A stretch of DNA of 64,000 bases from Chitinophagaceae bacterium. GTDB taxonomy: Bacteria > Bacteroidota > Bacteroidia > Chitinophagales > Chitinophagaceae. The translations under genes and the position numbers were made by a program. The notes beneath the pieces are model-generated. The model was not told the origin of the DNA and searched no databases. It was given only the letters and a program-made list of their open reading frames with translations. The DNA lies in the NCBI GenBank assembly GCA_947456825.1, contig CANGTM010000002.1, positions 5,236 to 69,235 of the forward strand. The letters are read 5' to 3'. Below, in pieces: positions 47,457 to 57,183 of the stretch. Position 1 is the first letter of the stretch; the number at the start of each line of letters is the position of its first letter.

Positions 47457-48956
47457 ATGACAATCAAGTCTTTCCTTGCCAAGCCCTTTGCGGCGTTCAT
47501 TCAACGGACTATAAAGGCCGAAATGGCCAGTGCCTTGTCTGACCAGCAAAAGATCTTGGACAAATTACTGAAAGTGGGGGCGAAAACGGCGTTTGGAAAG
47601 TCCGTTAATTTAAAGGATGTAAATGATTATCAGTCATTTAAGCAGTCCGTTCCCATTCAGGATTATGAGGGGTTTAGGGGATGGATCGACCAGATCAAAG
47701 AAGGAAAGCACAACGTGCTTTGGAGGGGCCGCCCCCTTTATTTTGCCAAAACATCCGGTACGACCAGCGGGGTAAAGTATATTCCCATTACCCGAGATTC
47801 TATCTCCAACCACATCAATACGGCTCGCAATGCCCTGCTTTGTTATATGGCCGAAACCGGCAACACGCGTTTTGCCGATGGCAAATTGATCTTTTTGTCG
47901 GGCTCTCCCGAACTGGAGCGCATAGGTGATGTACCCACAGGTCGACTTAGTGGCATCGTAAACCATCATGTGCCTCGCTACCTACGCGCCAATCAGCTTC
48001 CATCGTATGAGACGAACTGCATAGAAGATTGGGAGACTAAGTTATCGCGTATCGTCGATGAGACCATTTCTCAGCGTATGACGCTGATCAGTGGCATTCC
48101 ACCCTGGATGCAAATGTATTTTGATGCCTTGGTAGAACGCAGCGGGAAAAAAGTGGGAGAGCTCTTTCCTGATTTTAGCGTCATGGTGCAAGGGGGTGTG
48201 AATTTTGAACCATACCGCTCTCGGTTGATGGAGAGCATTGGCCGAAAGGTCGATACGATAGAACTGTTTCCTGCCAGTGAGGGCTTCTTTGCCTTTCAGG
48301 ATTCACAAGAAAGCGAAGGCCTCTGGCTAAATACGAATAGTGGTATCTTCTTTGAGTTTGTACCGGCCGAAGAGCTGGGAAAGAAAGATCCGCAACGCAT
48401 TTCTCTGGCCGACGTAAAGGTGGGGCAGCAATATGCCCTCATCATAAATAGCAATGCCGGACTCTGGGGATATGATATTGGCGACATGGTTCGATTTGTT
48501 TCTACCGATCCGTATCGGTTGGTAGTAACGGGCCGAACCAAGCATTTCATATCCGCTTTTGGAGAGCACGTAATTGGAGAGGAGGTAGAGTATTGCATCA
48601 GGGAAGCCGCCATGCAATTGGGGGTAGGCATTACCGAGTTTACAGTGGCTCCCCGTGTAAGCACCGATGCGTCCAAATCGTATCATGAATGGTTCATTGA
48701 GTTTGATCCGATGCCCCCGAGCACCCAGGCATTGGCGGCACGGATCAACGAATTGCTCTGTCAAAAAAATGTGTACTACAACGATTTGATCACCGGCAAC
48801 ATTCTAGCTCCGCTTCAGATACGGGCGGTGCGAAAGGGCGGCTTCATAGACTACATGCGATCGGTAGGAAAACTAGGGGGGCAAAATAAAGTACCCCGCC
48901 TCAGCAATGACAGAAAGCTCGCCGATGCCTTAACTTCGTTCGTAGTCACTTTCTAA
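47457..48956 (+). CDS. GH3 (auxin-responsive promoter)-family acyl-adenylate-forming enzyme
   Basis: FAKTSGTTSGVKYIP (motif I), FPASEGFF (motif II), YDIGD (motif III) and GGQNKVPRL. Confidence 0.9.
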   Translation: MTIKSFLAKPFAAFIQRTIKAEMASALSDQQKILDKLLKVGAKTAFGKSVNLKDVNDYQSFKQSVPIQDYEGFRGWIDQIKEGKHNVLWRGRPLYFAKTSGTTSGVKYIPITRDSISNHINTARNALLCYMAETGNTRFADGKLIFLSGSPELERIGDVPTGRLSGIVNHHVPRYLRANQLPSYETNCIEDWETKLSRIVDETISQRMTLISGIPPWMQMYFDALVERSGKKVGELFPDFSVMVQGGVNFEPYRSRLMESIGRKVDTIELFPASEGFFAFQDSQESEGLWLNTNSGIFFEFVPAEELGKKDPQRISLADVKVGQQYALIINSNAGLWGYDIGDMVRFVSTDPYRLVVTGRTKHFISAFGEHVIGEEVEYCIREAAMQLGVGITEFTVAPRVSTDASKSYHEWFIEFDPMPPSTQALAARINELLCQKNVYYNDLITGNILAPLQIRAVRKGGFIDYMRSVGKLGGQNKVPRLSNDRKLADALTSFVVTF

Positions 48957-48968
48957 TTTCTTTTTTAC

Positions 48969-50138
48969 ATGAATCAACCCGCTGCAGCTAAAAGAATAGC
49001 CCTGTTTGGATCAACCGGATCGATCGGAACCCAGGCACTCGATGTGATCGCTGCCCATCCAGCCCTTTTTAGTGTAGAGATCCTTACGGCGCAGAATAAC
49101 GACGAGCTGCTGATTGCGCAGGCCCTGCGCTTCTTGCCTAACATGGTGGTGATCGGTGACGAGAAAAAATATACCCGTGTAAAAGAGGCCTTGCAGTCTA
49201 CGCCTGTTAAAGTATTTGCCGGCGAGCGGGCGTTGGAAGAAGTCGCCGCTCTGGACAGTTACGACCTGATGTTGGCTGCCATTGTTGGATACGCTGGTTT
49301 AAAACCAACCCTTTGTGCGCTTCGACAAGGAAAGGCCGTGGCACTGGCCAATAAAGAAACCTTAGTGGTGGCCGGCGACATTGTCATGCGCACGGCCCTC
49401 GAAAATCGTGCTCCCATCATACCCGTGGACTCCGAGCACTCTGCCATCTTTCAATGTTTGGTCGGAGAAACGCGCAATAAGATCGATAAGATCATCCTGA
49501 CGGCTTCGGGCGGTCCTTTCTTAGGAAGAAAGACCAACTACCTTGTCAATGTAAAAAGAGAACATGCTCTTCAGCATCCCAACTGGTCAATGGGCGCAAA
49601 GATCACCATCGATTCCGCCACGCTCATGAACAAGGGGCTGGAGATGATCGAGGCCAAATGGCTCTTTAATTTGCGGGCTTCTCAAATACAGGTGGTGGTG
49701 CACCCGCAAAGTATCATTCACAGTATGGTGCAGTTCGAAGACGGGAGTATCAAGGCCCAGATGGGGTTGCCCGATATGAAATTGCCGATTCAGTATGCAC
49801 TGGCCTTTCCGCAGCGAATTCGAAATGATTTTCCGCGCTATGATTTTCGCTCGGTCAGAAACCTCAGTTTCGAGGATCCCGATGTTAAAACTTTCCGAAA
49901 TTTAGCGTTGGCACAAGAGGCGCTCGATAAAGGCGGTAACCTGGCCTGCATTATGAACGCCGCTAATGAGATCGTGGTGTATGCATTCTTGAAGAACCGG
50001 ATCAATTTTCTCGAAATGACCGATATTATTGAGAGAACCATGCAAGCCGTTCCATTTATTGCCCAACCCACGCTCGAGGATTATTTTGAGAGCGATGCAG
50101 CGGCTCGTACCTTTGCAGCTGATCAGATCAACCTATAA
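48969..50138 (+). CDS. dxr: 1-deoxy-D-xylulose-5-phosphate reductoisomerase
   Basis: GSTGSIGTQAL, ALANKETLV, PVDSEHSA, LTASGGPF and HPNWSMGAKITIDSATLMNKGLE. Confidence 0.99.
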   Translation: MNQPAAAKRIALFGSTGSIGTQALDVIAAHPALFSVEILTAQNNDELLIAQALRFLPNMVVIGDEKKYTRVKEALQSTPVKVFAGERALEEVAALDSYDLMLAAIVGYAGLKPTLCALRQGKAVALANKETLVVAGDIVMRTALENRAPIIPVDSEHSAIFQCLVGETRNKIDKIILTASGGPFLGRKTNYLVNVKREHALQHPNWSMGAKITIDSATLMNKGLEMIEAKWLFNLRASQIQVVVHPQSIIHSMVQFEDGSIKAQMGLPDMKLPIQYALAFPQRIRNDFPRYDFRSVRNLSFEDPDVKTFRNLALAQEALDKGGNLACIMNAANEIVVYAFLKNRINFLEMTDIIERTMQAVPFIAQPTLEDYFESDAAARTFAADQINL

Positions 50139-50178
50139 TAACCTCTAGCAAAACCCGGTTGGTCGATCTTATTTCTTT

Positions 50179-51555
50179 ATGATATTACTAGCCATCAATT
50201 GGTCTTCGGTAGGATTACAAGCGGCCCAGCTATTGCTGTCGCTTTCTATTTTGGTGATCCTTCACGAGTTTGGTCATTACATTACGGCGCGTTGGTTTAA
50301 TTGCCGCGTAGAGAAGTTCTATCTTTTCTTCGATCCGTGGTTCTCTTTGTTTAAAAAGAAAAAAGGCGAAACGGAATATGGTATTGGTTGGTTGCCGCTG
50401 GGGGGGTATGTCAAGATCGCCGGCATGATCGACGAAAGTCTCGATAAGGACGCATTACAGCAGCCCGCCCAACCCTGGGAGTTTCGCAGTAAGCCTGCCT
50501 GGCAGCGGCTGATCATCATGATCGGTGGAGTAGTGATGAATGTGCTGGTAGCTTTTGTGATCTACTCTTTCATTCTGGTGATCTGGGGCGATAAAAAAAT
50601 TCCTACCGCCTCTATGAAGTATGGCGTGCATGTCGTAGACAGTACGCTTTATAAGATGGGTATTCGTAACGGAGACCGTATTCTTTCCATCGACGGCGAA
50701 CCGGTCGCTGATTTTGAGAAGCTGCGCCGAAAATTGATCCTCGGTCAACAAGTACAACTACAGCGCGGAGAGAAAATTATATCCATTAACATGGATAAGG
50801 ACCTGATCGGTCAGCTGGTAGAAAATCGCAACCGCAGTACGCGCGGATTTTTGGAAGTGCGCAGACCGGCCATTGCCTTTTTTGTACCTGATACCACTGC
50901 GGCCTATCGTGGAGGGCTTAGAAAGGACGACCAGATCGTAGCCGTTGATAGTGTTCGCTTCGATTTTTACGACGAATTGCAAGAAAAATTATTGGCGGCC
51001 AAGGGTAGAACGGTTTCACTTGCCGTAAGACGCAATGGACAAGAGATGGCCTTACCCGTCGATGTCAATGAAGAGGGGCGTATTGGATTTCTGGCCTATG
51101 GGTACAGCTACCAACAGATGGATAGTTTGGGCTGGTTGCAACTGCGTGTAAAGCGCTATGGCGTGCTGGGCGCTTTGCCTGCCGGTGTGCAAAAAGCCGG
51201 AAATGAGCTGCAAGATTATATCGATCAATTCAAAAAAATACTGGATCCCGACACCGGTGCCTACAAGGGCGTGGGCGGTTTTAAAGCCATGGGATCTATT
51301 TTCTCAGGTACTGCTTGGGATTGGGAATCATTTTGGCGTATTACGGCCTTTTTATCGATCGTATTAGCCTTTATGAATTTGTTGCCCATTCCGGCGCTTG
51401 ACGGTGGGCATGTGATGTTCACGCTCTACGAGATGGTGACTAGAAGAAAACCCAGCGATAAGTTCATGGAATATGCACAGCTGGCGGGGATGGCCATTTT
51501 GTTGGGGCTGATGATATTTGCCAATGCCAATGACTGGCTTGGTTGGGGTCGTTAG
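50179..51555 (+). CDS. rseP: RIP metalloprotease RseP
   Basis: LHEFGH, PLGGYVKIAGM, PDZ region and NLLPIPALDGGH. Confidence 0.97.
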   Translation: MILLAINWSSVGLQAAQLLLSLSILVILHEFGHYITARWFNCRVEKFYLFFDPWFSLFKKKKGETEYGIGWLPLGGYVKIAGMIDESLDKDALQQPAQPWEFRSKPAWQRLIIMIGGVVMNVLVAFVIYSFILVIWGDKKIPTASMKYGVHVVDSTLYKMGIRNGDRILSIDGEPVADFEKLRRKLILGQQVQLQRGEKIISINMDKDLIGQLVENRNRSTRGFLEVRRPAIAFFVPDTTAAYRGGLRKDDQIVAVDSVRFDFYDELQEKLLAAKGRTVSLAVRRNGQEMALPVDVNEEGRIGFLAYGYSYQQMDSLGWLQLRVKRYGVLGALPAGVQKAGNELQDYIDQFKKILDPDTGAYKGVGGFKAMGSIFSGTAWDWESFWRITAFLSIVLAFMNLLPIPALDGGHVMFTLYEMVTRRKPSDKFMEYAQLAGMAILLGLMIFANANDWLGWGR

Positions 51556-51560
51556 TTAAT

Positions 51561-51947
51561 GGGGGCGTTTGGTTTTGACAGCATCGTTCTTTGAAAGTGT
51601 AAGCATGTACTGCGTTGCGTAATTAGCAGTTTAATCTGAATACGAAAACTCAAATGGCAATACTCAGTATGCCATGGCTGCCTAATCAGTGATCAGGTAG
51701 TCATTAGGGCCGCCGGGCCGGTTTATCTGTTACCAAGCCCCGCCGCCGACTCAAACCCAAAACAGGTTGCGGCAAGCAGGCCCTTTTTCGAAAGGGCAGT
51801 CTGCGCTGTTTGCTTAAGATAATCGCAGCTACGAAGCCGGTTGGTGCGTTCGGTTCCTGCCGGCTTTCGACAATAAATGCCGAAATAAACATGTAGAAAG
51901 CTTTCGACGAATATGTTTGGACACCGGTTCGAATCCGGTCGCCTCCA
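51561..51947 (+). ncRNA. ssrA: tmRNA; tag ORF at 51656-51685 encodes GNTQYAMAA*
   Basis: GGGGGCG/CGCCTCC acceptor stem with G3.U70; T-arm ACCGG-TTCGAAT-CCGGT; 5' GTTTTGAC motif; resume codon GGC and a YAxAA* tag end. Confidence 0.96.
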
Positions 51948-51984
51948 CTTTTTTTATATTTGTATCATCCTTAATCAGATGTTT

Positions 51985-52449
51985 ATGAAAATGCGTAATT
52001 TCTTTTTGCTGTTAGGTGGACTGTCGCTTTTTGTGGCAGCTACTGCATTTACGAACCAGCCCGGTACTCCCGATGCCATTGTAGGAGTATGGAAAACCGG
52101 AGAAGGCACCGCCATGGTCCGTATTTACAAGAACGGAGATAAGTACCAAGGCAAGATCGTTTGGCTTAAAGAGCCTAATGATCCTGAGACCGGAAAGCCA
52201 AAAGTTGACAAGAATCATCCTGAGGAATCATCTCGTACCCGTCCTATTTTGGGTCTGGTCAATGTCTGGGGATTTGTACCCACCGAAAAAAATGTATGGG
52301 AAGAGGGCAGTATTTACGATCCCAAGAATGGCAATACGTACTCATGCACCATTAAGATGACAAGTCCGAATAGTATCGATGTGAGAGGATATATTGGCGT
52401 TTCACTGATCGGAAGAAGCGATACGTGGACCCGTCAGGTAGCCAAGTAA
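51985..52449 (+). CDS. DUF2147-domain secreted protein
   Basis: IVGVWKT...YQGKIVWL...DKNHP...WEEGSIYDPKNGNTYSC...VRGYIGVSLIGRSDTWTR; TATATTTG box just after tmRNA. Confidence 0.9.
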   Translation: MKMRNFFLLLGGLSLFVAATAFTNQPGTPDAIVGVWKTGEGTAMVRIYKNGDKYQGKIVWLKEPNDPETGKPKVDKNHPEESSRTRPILGLVNVWGFVPTEKNVWEEGSIYDPKNGNTYSCTIKMTSPNSIDVRGYIGVSLIGRSDTWTRQVAK

Positions 52450-52450
52450 A

Positions 52451-53470
52451 CTAGGGCGATACAAAGTTCAGACTGAATCCTACATACATTGGATTACCCA
52501 GGGCGCTGGTAAAGTAACGCTGATTGAGTTTTTTTCCGTCGTAGACATCCATTCCGTCGAAGCGCCAGTTATAACGAAGTCCGACTTGTGCATTGAACCA
52601 CAAAAATCCAGTCAGTTTTTTATCCCACATAATCCGTGGTTTGAGTTCTCCGCGCTGTATAAAGATGGCGCCATTGGCGCTACCCGGAAGACGCATCCAG
52701 AACTGATTTCCCTCTAGCTCAAAGCCCAGCTGCACAATGCTGGCGGTAGAGAAGTTGTAGCGAAGATGTCCGCGGGCCGGCAGCAAGAGTTCCATCCCCC
52801 ACTTGTCATTGAAGGTCTTGTTCCATAACACAACGGGCAAGTGCATGATCTGCCCGGCTCGGTAGGTGCGAGCCAGTCCTATACCGAGCATATTCTTTTC
52901 CGATAATTTCCATCCGTATATGGCAGACCCACTTACGGTCAGCGCCTTGGTGTTGATCGCGTTCAACTCCTCAAAAATCCCATTAAAATCTGCACTGGCC
53001 TGTACGATCAAAAAGTTCTTCTCATTGAGGGGCTTAAATAGGGTAGTATTGATTCCCGTGCTGATCAGGCTTTGGGTAGATAGCCTGCTGGCTATTGGAT
53101 GGGTGCCTGGATTTTGGATGGATATGCGGCTGCCCCAATAATTCGCGCCCAGTTGCCAGATGATCTTATTGGTGGAGACGACCGGGATATTGACCTGTGC
53201 TTTAAGGGCGCGCATGCCGGTAGCCGAAAAACTTTGCATGGCAGGTAACATGGCCGATAAGGGTAGATCAGGGACATCGAATCCACCCAGTTGCTCTAGG
53301 CCGATACTTATGATGCGTTGAGGAGTTTGATTCAGTACCTTTTGATTGCAATAGCGTTTGACACCCTGGGCATCACCGAACATACTATAATCAAAAACCT
53401 CGGTACTGTCCTCTTGGGCAGCGGTAAATAGGGGTAAACAATAAAGGAAAAAAGCAAGCAACTTTCGCAT
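52451..53470 (-). CDS. Outer-membrane beta-barrel protein (DUF6268-like)
   Basis: Signal peptide; alternating beta-strand pattern (KWGMELLLP, LGFELEG); aromatic-rich C-terminal strand. Confidence 0.65.
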   Translation of the reverse strand: MRKLLAFFLYCLPLFTAAQEDSTEVFDYSMFGDAQGVKRYCNQKVLNQTPQRIISIGLEQLGGFDVPDLPLSAMLPAMQSFSATGMRALKAQVNIPVVSTNKIIWQLGANYWGSRISIQNPGTHPIASRLSTQSLISTGINTTLFKPLNEKNFLIVQASADFNGIFEELNAINTKALTVSGSAIYGWKLSEKNMLGIGLARTYRAGQIMHLPVVLWNKTFNDKWGMELLLPARGHLRYNFSTASIVQLGFELEGNQFWMRLPGSANGAIFIQRGELKPRIMWDKKLTGFLWFNAQVGLRYNWRFDGMDVYDGKKLNQRYFTSALGNPMYVGFSLNFVSP

Positions 53471-53563
53471 GGCTACATAATTTTTAAAAACAATGGCAAA
53501 AATAGAGTAGTCGAACGGATTTTCTTATTTTCGATTTAACCTAACCTATGAAAACCTTGTTCT

Positions 53564-54199
53564 ATGAGCAAGATAACTATTCTATTAATTGACGACCACA
53601 AGCTGATCAGGGAGTCTTGGGATATCGTACTTTCTACTGAACCTAGATTCCAGGTCATTGGCGAGACCAGTGACGTGCAAGAAGGTCTTGTGCTGGCTTC
53701 AACGCATAATCCACATATCATCTTAATGGATATCAACATGACGCCTGTCAATGGTTTCGAAGCCACCAAGTTGATACTCAAGCATTCTCCACAAAGCCAG
53801 GTGATCGGTATTTCGATGCATGCCATGCCGGCCTATGCCCGCAGAATGTTTCAGATGGGCGCCCGTGGATATGTGACCAAGAACTCCTCGAAGGACGAGC
53901 TGTTCAAAGCCATCGATGAGGTACTGTCTGGTAATAAGTACATCTGCGAAGAGATCAAAAATATCGTAGCTCATCAGGAGCTCGACGAGGAAAGTGAGTT
54001 TCCCGACATGAACTTGCTTTCGAAGCGTGAGATCGAGGTGGTGACTCACATCAAGCAGGGATTATCTTCTAAAGAAATAGCGCAACAATTGGATATCTCG
54101 TTAAAGACCGTTGAGGTGCACCGCTATAATATTTTAAAGAAGCTAAAGCTAAAGAATACCGCAGCGTTGGTCAATTTTATCAATGCTCAAGGATTGTGA
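53564..54199 (+). CDS. NarL/LuxR-family response regulator (no kinase adjacent)
   Basis: LLIDDH, LMDINM (phospho-Asp), GYVTK, and LSKREIEV...SSKEIA...SLKTVEVHRYNILKKL HTH. Confidence 0.95.
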   Translation: MSKITILLIDDHKLIRESWDIVLSTEPRFQVIGETSDVQEGLVLASTHNPHIILMDINMTPVNGFEATKLILKHSPQSQVIGISMHAMPAYARRMFQMGARGYVTKNSSKDELFKAIDEVLSGNKYICEEIKNIVAHQELDEESEFPDMNLLSKREIEVVTHIKQGLSSKEIAQQLDISLKTVEVHRYNILKKLKLKNTAALVNFINAQGL

Positions 54200-54203
54200 G
54201 ACC

Positions 54204-54542
54204 TTAAAGCGTATTTATCTTTTTTAATTCTTCTTCTATCTCCTCTACAGCTATTGAAAGATGGCTCTCGTCGTATACGCATTCTCCATTCTTTATCAAA
54301 AGTACTTGTGGGGACTCGTGGTGTACCTCTAAACGAGTAGCGATCGCATTTGAAATGTCGCGATAAGACAATAGGTCGAGTAAATAGGACGTGGCCAGGT
54401 CGGAGAGTGACGATCTATTGAGTCGTTCGAGGGCCACATGGCTGATCGAACAGCGGGTACTGTGTTTGAAAAGCAGTACCGGTCCGGGCGTTGTCAAGAT
54501 CTCGTCAAGTTGTTGCAGTGAACACAGCGGAATCCAATTCAT
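54204..54542 (-). CDS. ytxJ: Bacillithiol-system redox-active protein YtxJ
   Basis: LFKHSTRCSIS monothiol motif, YLLDLLSYRDISN and VHHESPQVLLI. Confidence 0.92.
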   Translation of the reverse strand: MNWIPLCSLQQLDEILTTPGPVLLFKHSTRCSISHVALERLNRSSLSDLATSYLLDLLSYRDISNAIATRLEVHHESPQVLLIKNGECVYDESHLSIAVEEIEEELKKINTL

Positions 54543-54545
54543 GGT

Positions 54546-54668
54546 TTAGCGTCTGAATTTGGTCTTGGGCGTACTGTTCATGGGGCAACCTTCGCGAGAG
54601 GTGGCACAGCTCTCCAGCAAAAGGGTGAGGAGGCCGGTCAGTAAAAAAAGAGAAAATAGCTTTCTCAT
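54546..54668 (-). CDS. Small putative lipoprotein, 40 aa (below the ORF-track cutoff)
   Basis: Manual translation MRKLFSLFLLTGLLTLLLESCATSREGCPMNSTPKTKFRR*; TATTTTTG promoter box at 54687-54694 (minus strand); stop 3 nt before the ytxJ ATG. Confidence 0.75.
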   Translation of the reverse strand: MRKLFSLFLLTGLLTLLLESCATSREGCPMNSTPKTKFRR

Positions 54669-54778
54669 AGGAGGTTTTCTTATCCTCAAAAATATGGAAT
54701 TTGTGTGGGACCCTTGCATTCGGAGCGAAGGGCTACTAAATTTAAAAGTCCGACCTCTTTAAATCTTAACTTTACCGC

Positions 54779-55549
54779 ATGCTGCAACTAACAAAACCCT
54801 TGGCCTTTATCGATCTGGAGACCACCGGTGTCAATTTGGGAACTGATCGTATCGTAGAGATCGCCATTGTCAAGTTACTGCCCGATGGCAGCCAGACCGT
54901 CAAGCGTAAGCTCATCAATCCGGGAATGCCCATTCCGGCCTCTTCAAGCGAGGTGCATGGAATTACCGACGAAATGGTTAAAGATGCTCCCACTTTCAAA
55001 CAACTGGCTCAGGAACTCAAGCAGATCCTCGATGGCTGCGACCTGGCCGGATACAATTCCAACCGATTCGACATACCCTTACTGGTTGAGGAGTTTCTCA
55101 GATCGGGTGTAGAATTTGAGATGAAGGGCAGAAGAATGCTCGATGTCCAGCAGATCTTTTATAAGATGGAGCCTCGCACTCTTGCAGCCGCCTATCAATT
55201 CTATTGTGGAAAGACCCTCGATGGGGCTCATAGTGCCGCTGTGGATGCCGGCGCTACCTACGAAGTCCTCCAGTCCCAGCTTCAACGCTATGAGAGCCTG
55301 GGAAATACCGTTGATTCAATTTTAAAATCGATAGGCGAGGAGCCTATAGTAGATTTTGCCAAACGATTTGTGTGGGACAATGGGGTCGAGGTCTTCAATT
55401 TCGGCAAGTTCAAGGGTCGACCTGTAGCCGATGTACTGAGATCCGAGCCTCAATACTATGATTGGATGATGAAAGGCGATTTTCCGCAGCATACTAAACA
55501 AAAGCTCACCGAGATATACACTCGCACGCTACTCAAGAAGAATGGATAA
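54779..55549 (+). CDS. DEDDh 3'-5' exonuclease (DnaQ/epsilon-like, Bacteroidota type)
   Basis: FIDLETTG, HGIT, GYNSNRFD, HSAAVD and a C-terminal FNFGKFKG domain. Confidence 0.92.
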   Translation: MLQLTKPLAFIDLETTGVNLGTDRIVEIAIVKLLPDGSQTVKRKLINPGMPIPASSSEVHGITDEMVKDAPTFKQLAQELKQILDGCDLAGYNSNRFDIPLLVEEFLRSGVEFEMKGRRMLDVQQIFYKMEPRTLAAAYQFYCGKTLDGAHSAAVDAGATYEVLQSQLQRYESLGNTVDSILKSIGEEPIVDFAKRFVWDNGVEVFNFGKFKGRPVADVLRSEPQYYDWMMKGDFPQHTKQKLTEIYTRTLLKKNG

Positions 55550-56294
55550 GCTGGTCATCATACCCACTTATAACGAGAAGGAGAACATCGCCTCTATTCT
55601 ATCGGTCGTGCTCTCCCTTGAAGGTGGGTTTCATGTTCTGGTCATTGATGACGGGTCGCCTGATGGTACCGCGACAATCGTGCAGTCGCTCATGCCGCGC
55701 TATTCAGAACGACTTTTTTTGGAGCAGCGTAGCGGTAAGCAGGGCTTAGGGACCGCGTATATTTTCGGATTTAGGTGGGCGCTGCAAAGGTCCTATCAAT
55801 ATATTTTTGAGATGGATGCCGATTTTTCGCATAATCCGGCAGACCTTCTGCGGCTGTATGAGGCCTGCAAAACACAAGGTGCTGATGTTGCCGTAGGGTC
55901 CAGATATGTGCAGGGAGGAGGTGTTGTCAATTGGCCTGCCAACAGAATAGCGCTATCGCGCGGCGCTTCATTTTACACAAGGTGCATCTTGTGGATGCCT
56001 GTCAAAGATCCCACGGCCGGTTTTGTGTGCTATCGCAGGGCCGTACTTGAAACGATTGATCTTTCTAATATTCGATTTGTGGGGTACGCATTTCAGATTG
56101 AAATGAAATACGCTTCTTGGCGTCTGGGTTTTGTTATAAAAGAAGTGCCCATTCTCTTTCAGGACCGCACCATGGGCAGTTCCAAGATGAATAAGGGGAT
56201 CATAACTGAGGGGGTATTAGGTGTCATCCAGTTGAGATTCCATACTTTTTTGACCAGTTACCGCAAAAAGCGAAGTGTGAATCAGTCTTCATGA
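55542..56294 (+). CDS. Polyprenol-monophosphomannose synthase (Dpm1-like GT2)
   Basis: IIPTYNEKENI, IDDGSPDGT, GLGTAY, EMDADFSH, GSRY, DPTAGF and GYAFQIEMK. Confidence 0.92.
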   Translation: MDKLVIIPTYNEKENIASILSVVLSLEGGFHVLVIDDGSPDGTATIVQSLMPRYSERLFLEQRSGKQGLGTAYIFGFRWALQRSYQYIFEMDADFSHNPADLLRLYEACKTQGADVAVGSRYVQGGGVVNWPANRIALSRGASFYTRCILWMPVKDPTAGFVCYRRAVLETIDLSNIRFVGYAFQIEMKYASWRLGFVIKEVPILFQDRTMGSSKMNKGIITEGVLGVIQLRFHTFLTSYRKKRSVNQSS

Positions 56295-57166
56295 AAAAAG
56301 CATTCACGCAACTTCACTTGGCCGTTTTGTTGGCAGGATTTACCGGTATACTAGGTCGACTCATCACCCTTAATGAATTGATGATCGTTTTCTATCGGTT
56401 GCTATTAACCGTTTTTTCGATGTGGCTGCTTTTCTCATTTAGAAATAAGATCGAGTCTCTTTCTGCCGGCTTAATTGCCAAGATCATGGGCGTCGGTATT
56501 ATCGCGAGCCTTCACTGGCTTACCTTTTATGGAGCTATCAAGTATGCAAATGTTTCTATTGCGCTGGTTTGTTTTGCCGCCATTGGATTTTTTACCGCCT
56601 TGTTCGAGCCACTTATTTTAAAGAAATCGCTCAACATAACCGAACTACTCTTAGGGTTGATGACACTCTCGGGCGTTTATATCATATTTCACTTCGATAC
56701 GCGCTATACCTTGGGTATTGCCATAGGTCTGATCTCTGCGCTGCTGGCGGCGCTATTTCCGATCTTTAACAGAGAAATACTTAAGAAGACCAATGTAGAG
56801 AGTATGCTCGTGTGGCAACAGTTGGGTGGATTTTTGTTTATGGCCGCGCTCATTCCGCTGTATCGCCATGCTTTACCCTCGCTGCGCCTGCTGCCAAGCG
56901 TAGAGGATATGTTCTGGCTGCTGGTGCTCTCGTGGGTCTGTTCTGTCTGGGCTTTTCAACTCTCCGGGTCGGCACTAAAGAAATTATCGGCCTTTACAGT
57001 CAACCTTAGTTATAACCTCGAGCCGGTCTATGGAATCTTGCTGGCTTTTATCTTTTTTCGCGAAGATCAGCTGCTCAATGGTGGCTTCTATGCCGGGCTT
57101 GCACTGATCTTACTGGCCCTTGGGTCGCACACGCTGTTGATCTATTACAAAAACAAGCGCACTTAA
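56291..57166 (+). CDS. DMT/EamA-family transporter
   Basis: About 10 TM segments; LAGFTGILG, HWLTFYGAIK and NLEPVYGI. Confidence 0.88.
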   Translation: MKKAFTQLHLAVLLAGFTGILGRLITLNELMIVFYRLLLTVFSMWLLFSFRNKIESLSAGLIAKIMGVGIIASLHWLTFYGAIKYANVSIALVCFAAIGFFTALFEPLILKKSLNITELLLGLMTLSGVYIIFHFDTRYTLGIAIGLISALLAALFPIFNREILKKTNVESMLVWQQLGGFLFMAALIPLYRHALPSLRLLPSVEDMFWLLVLSWVCSVWAFQLSGSALKKLSAFTVNLSYNLEPVYGILLAFIFFREDQLLNGGFYAGLALILLALGSHTLLIYYKNKRT

Positions 57167-57183
57167 AATTGGATCAATCGTTC

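Noticed and set aside
51948-52449. Genomic island at tmRNA or the two tRNAs
   Set aside because: No integrase, no duplicated 3' ends and no visible compositional break after ssrA, tRNA-Cys or tRNA-Ser.
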